From Mobula hypostoma (Eukaryota), in NCBI RefSeq assembly GCF_963921235.1, contig NC_086098.1, positions 8,246,001-8,310,000 on the forward strand: a DNA stretch of 64,000 nt. Reading direction: 5' to 3'. A program made the translations under genes and the position numbers. The notes below the pieces were generated by a model. That model was given only the letters and a program-made list of their open reading frames with translations, was not told where the DNA came from and did no database searches. This document shows, one piece after another, positions 62,537-64,000 of this stretch (position 1 is its first letter; each line of letters opens with the position of its first letter).

Positions 62537-63692
62537 TGTATAGTAGTGGAGGGGTGAGTTAGTGGGTAAAGGTGCCTCAGTGCTTGGGGAAAGTAACTGT
62601 TTTTGAGTCCAGTGGCCCTGGTGTGGATGAGAAGGGGACACCAGTCCATGAGCAGGGTGGGTGGGATCCTTCACGATGTTACTGGCCCTTTTCCGGTACC
62701 TTTCTGTACATACGTCCTTGATGTTGGATAGGCTGGTGTCAGTGATGCATTGGGAAGTTTTGACTTCCCGTTGTGGAGCCTGCAGTGCACTTTCCAGACC
62801 ACGCAGTGATGCATCTTGTCATGATGCTCTCCACTGCTCATCTGCAGAATGACCTGAGTATAGATGTGCACAGTCCAGCTCTCTACAGCGTCCGCAGGTT
62901 GGAGAGCTGGTGATGCCTGCAGATGGCTGCATGGTATTAGAATTCTGGAAAGCTTGGATTACCTGCAGGTAAAGTTAATGGATGAATCCTAAATGAAGGT
63001 AGTATACTGTTAACTTGGTAAATATCCCTCAGAAATGCTGAAGCAAGTCTCACCACCTTCTCAAGGGATATCCACACCTGCAGGTCTTGCCTGCATTGCT
63101 CACACCCCATTGATCACTCTGAAAATATGTTGGAAATCTGAAACAGGAAGTGAAACTGCCACCAACGTCAGAAGATCAGGACACGTCTGTGAAGAGAACT
63201 ACCAATTATATTGTTCTAATATATTGATGGTGTGTCTTCTTCGTGTAGTTACACTCATCTGTTTGTTTCATCATTCACTCAGTAAATGGAGGACAATTGA
63301 TAATTTGGACAAGTTGTTAGAATGCTTCAAGTTCGAGAGTGTTAGCATCACTGGCACTATATTCTGGGCCCGGCATGTCGATGCAACTATGAATAAGGTA
63401 AGCCAGCAGTTATATTTCAGTAAGAGTCATAGAGTCAGAAGTACAGCACAGAAACAGGCCCTTCAGCCCATCTAGTCCATGCTGAAACCATTTAAATTGC
63501 CTATTCTCATTGATCTGCATCTGGACCATCTCTCCATAACCCTACTATTCATGTGACTATCCAAACTTCTTCTAAATGTTGAAATCGAGCTTGCCTCATG
63601 GCTCTCTGAGTGAAGAAGTTTCTCCTCATGACCCCATTAAACTTTTCACCTTTCACCCTTAACCCATGTCCCACCCAACCTCAGTGGAAAAA

Positions 63693-63927
63693 TACACACA
63701 AAATGCTGGAGGAAATCAGCAGGCCAGGCAGCATCTATGGAAAAGAGTAAACAGTCGATGTTTCGAGCTGAGACAGTACATCAGGTCCAGGTGAAGGGTC
63801 TCGGCCCAAAATATCGATTGTTTGCTTTTTTCCATAGAAGCTGCCTGGCCTGCTGAGTTCCTTCAGCATTTTGTGTGTGTTGCTCTGGATTTCCAGCATC
63901 TGCAGATTTTCTCTTGTTTCTTTTAGG
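63693..63927. mobile_element. PLE-derived hairpin element with a 10-bp TSD, inside a CR1 3' fragment (63425-64000, minus)
   Basis: ~80-bp imperfect inverted arms; AGTGGAAAAA at 63683-63692 and 63928-63937. Confidence 0.85.
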
Positions 63928-64000
63928 AGTGGAAAAAGCCTAACAGCATTTACCCTATCTATACCCCTCATAATTTTGTATACCTCTATCAAGTTTCATC

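Overview
Vertebrate nuclear DNA made up almost entirely of nested, mostly decayed transposable elements. The mix of CR1, Rex1/Babar, Penelope and Gypsy families suggests a cartilaginous fish such as a ray or shark; this is an inference. I could not support any host protein-coding exon, tRNA or rRNA gene. Contents: many CR1 LINEs (one near full-length, one 5'-truncated with an intact 506-aa RT ORF), Rex1/Babar fragments, two RTE-clade LINEs, three Ty3/Gypsy elements, three solo LTRs with target-site duplications (TSDs), Penelope-like element (PLE) remnants, Tc1/mariner and hAT MITEs, and SINEs. Highlight 1: a complete Gypsy element (11303-19095; both LTRs, PBS, PPT, 5-bp TSD) in which ~2.4 kb of RT-RNaseH-integrase is replaced by a 215-bp, intronless, sense-strand piece of a host SH3KBP1/CIN85-like sequence (C-terminal coiled coil), fused in frame to the protease ORF. 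This looks like host-gene transduction, and a sibling copy at 24946-28367 serves as an internal control. Highlight 2: minimal hammerhead-ribozyme motifs in about ten PLE-derived repeats, including a core-intact copy next to a GIY-YIG ORF and a small hairpin element with two inverted motifs and a 10-bp TSD. Family assignments come from motif recognition, not database searches, and boundaries of decayed repeats are approximate.
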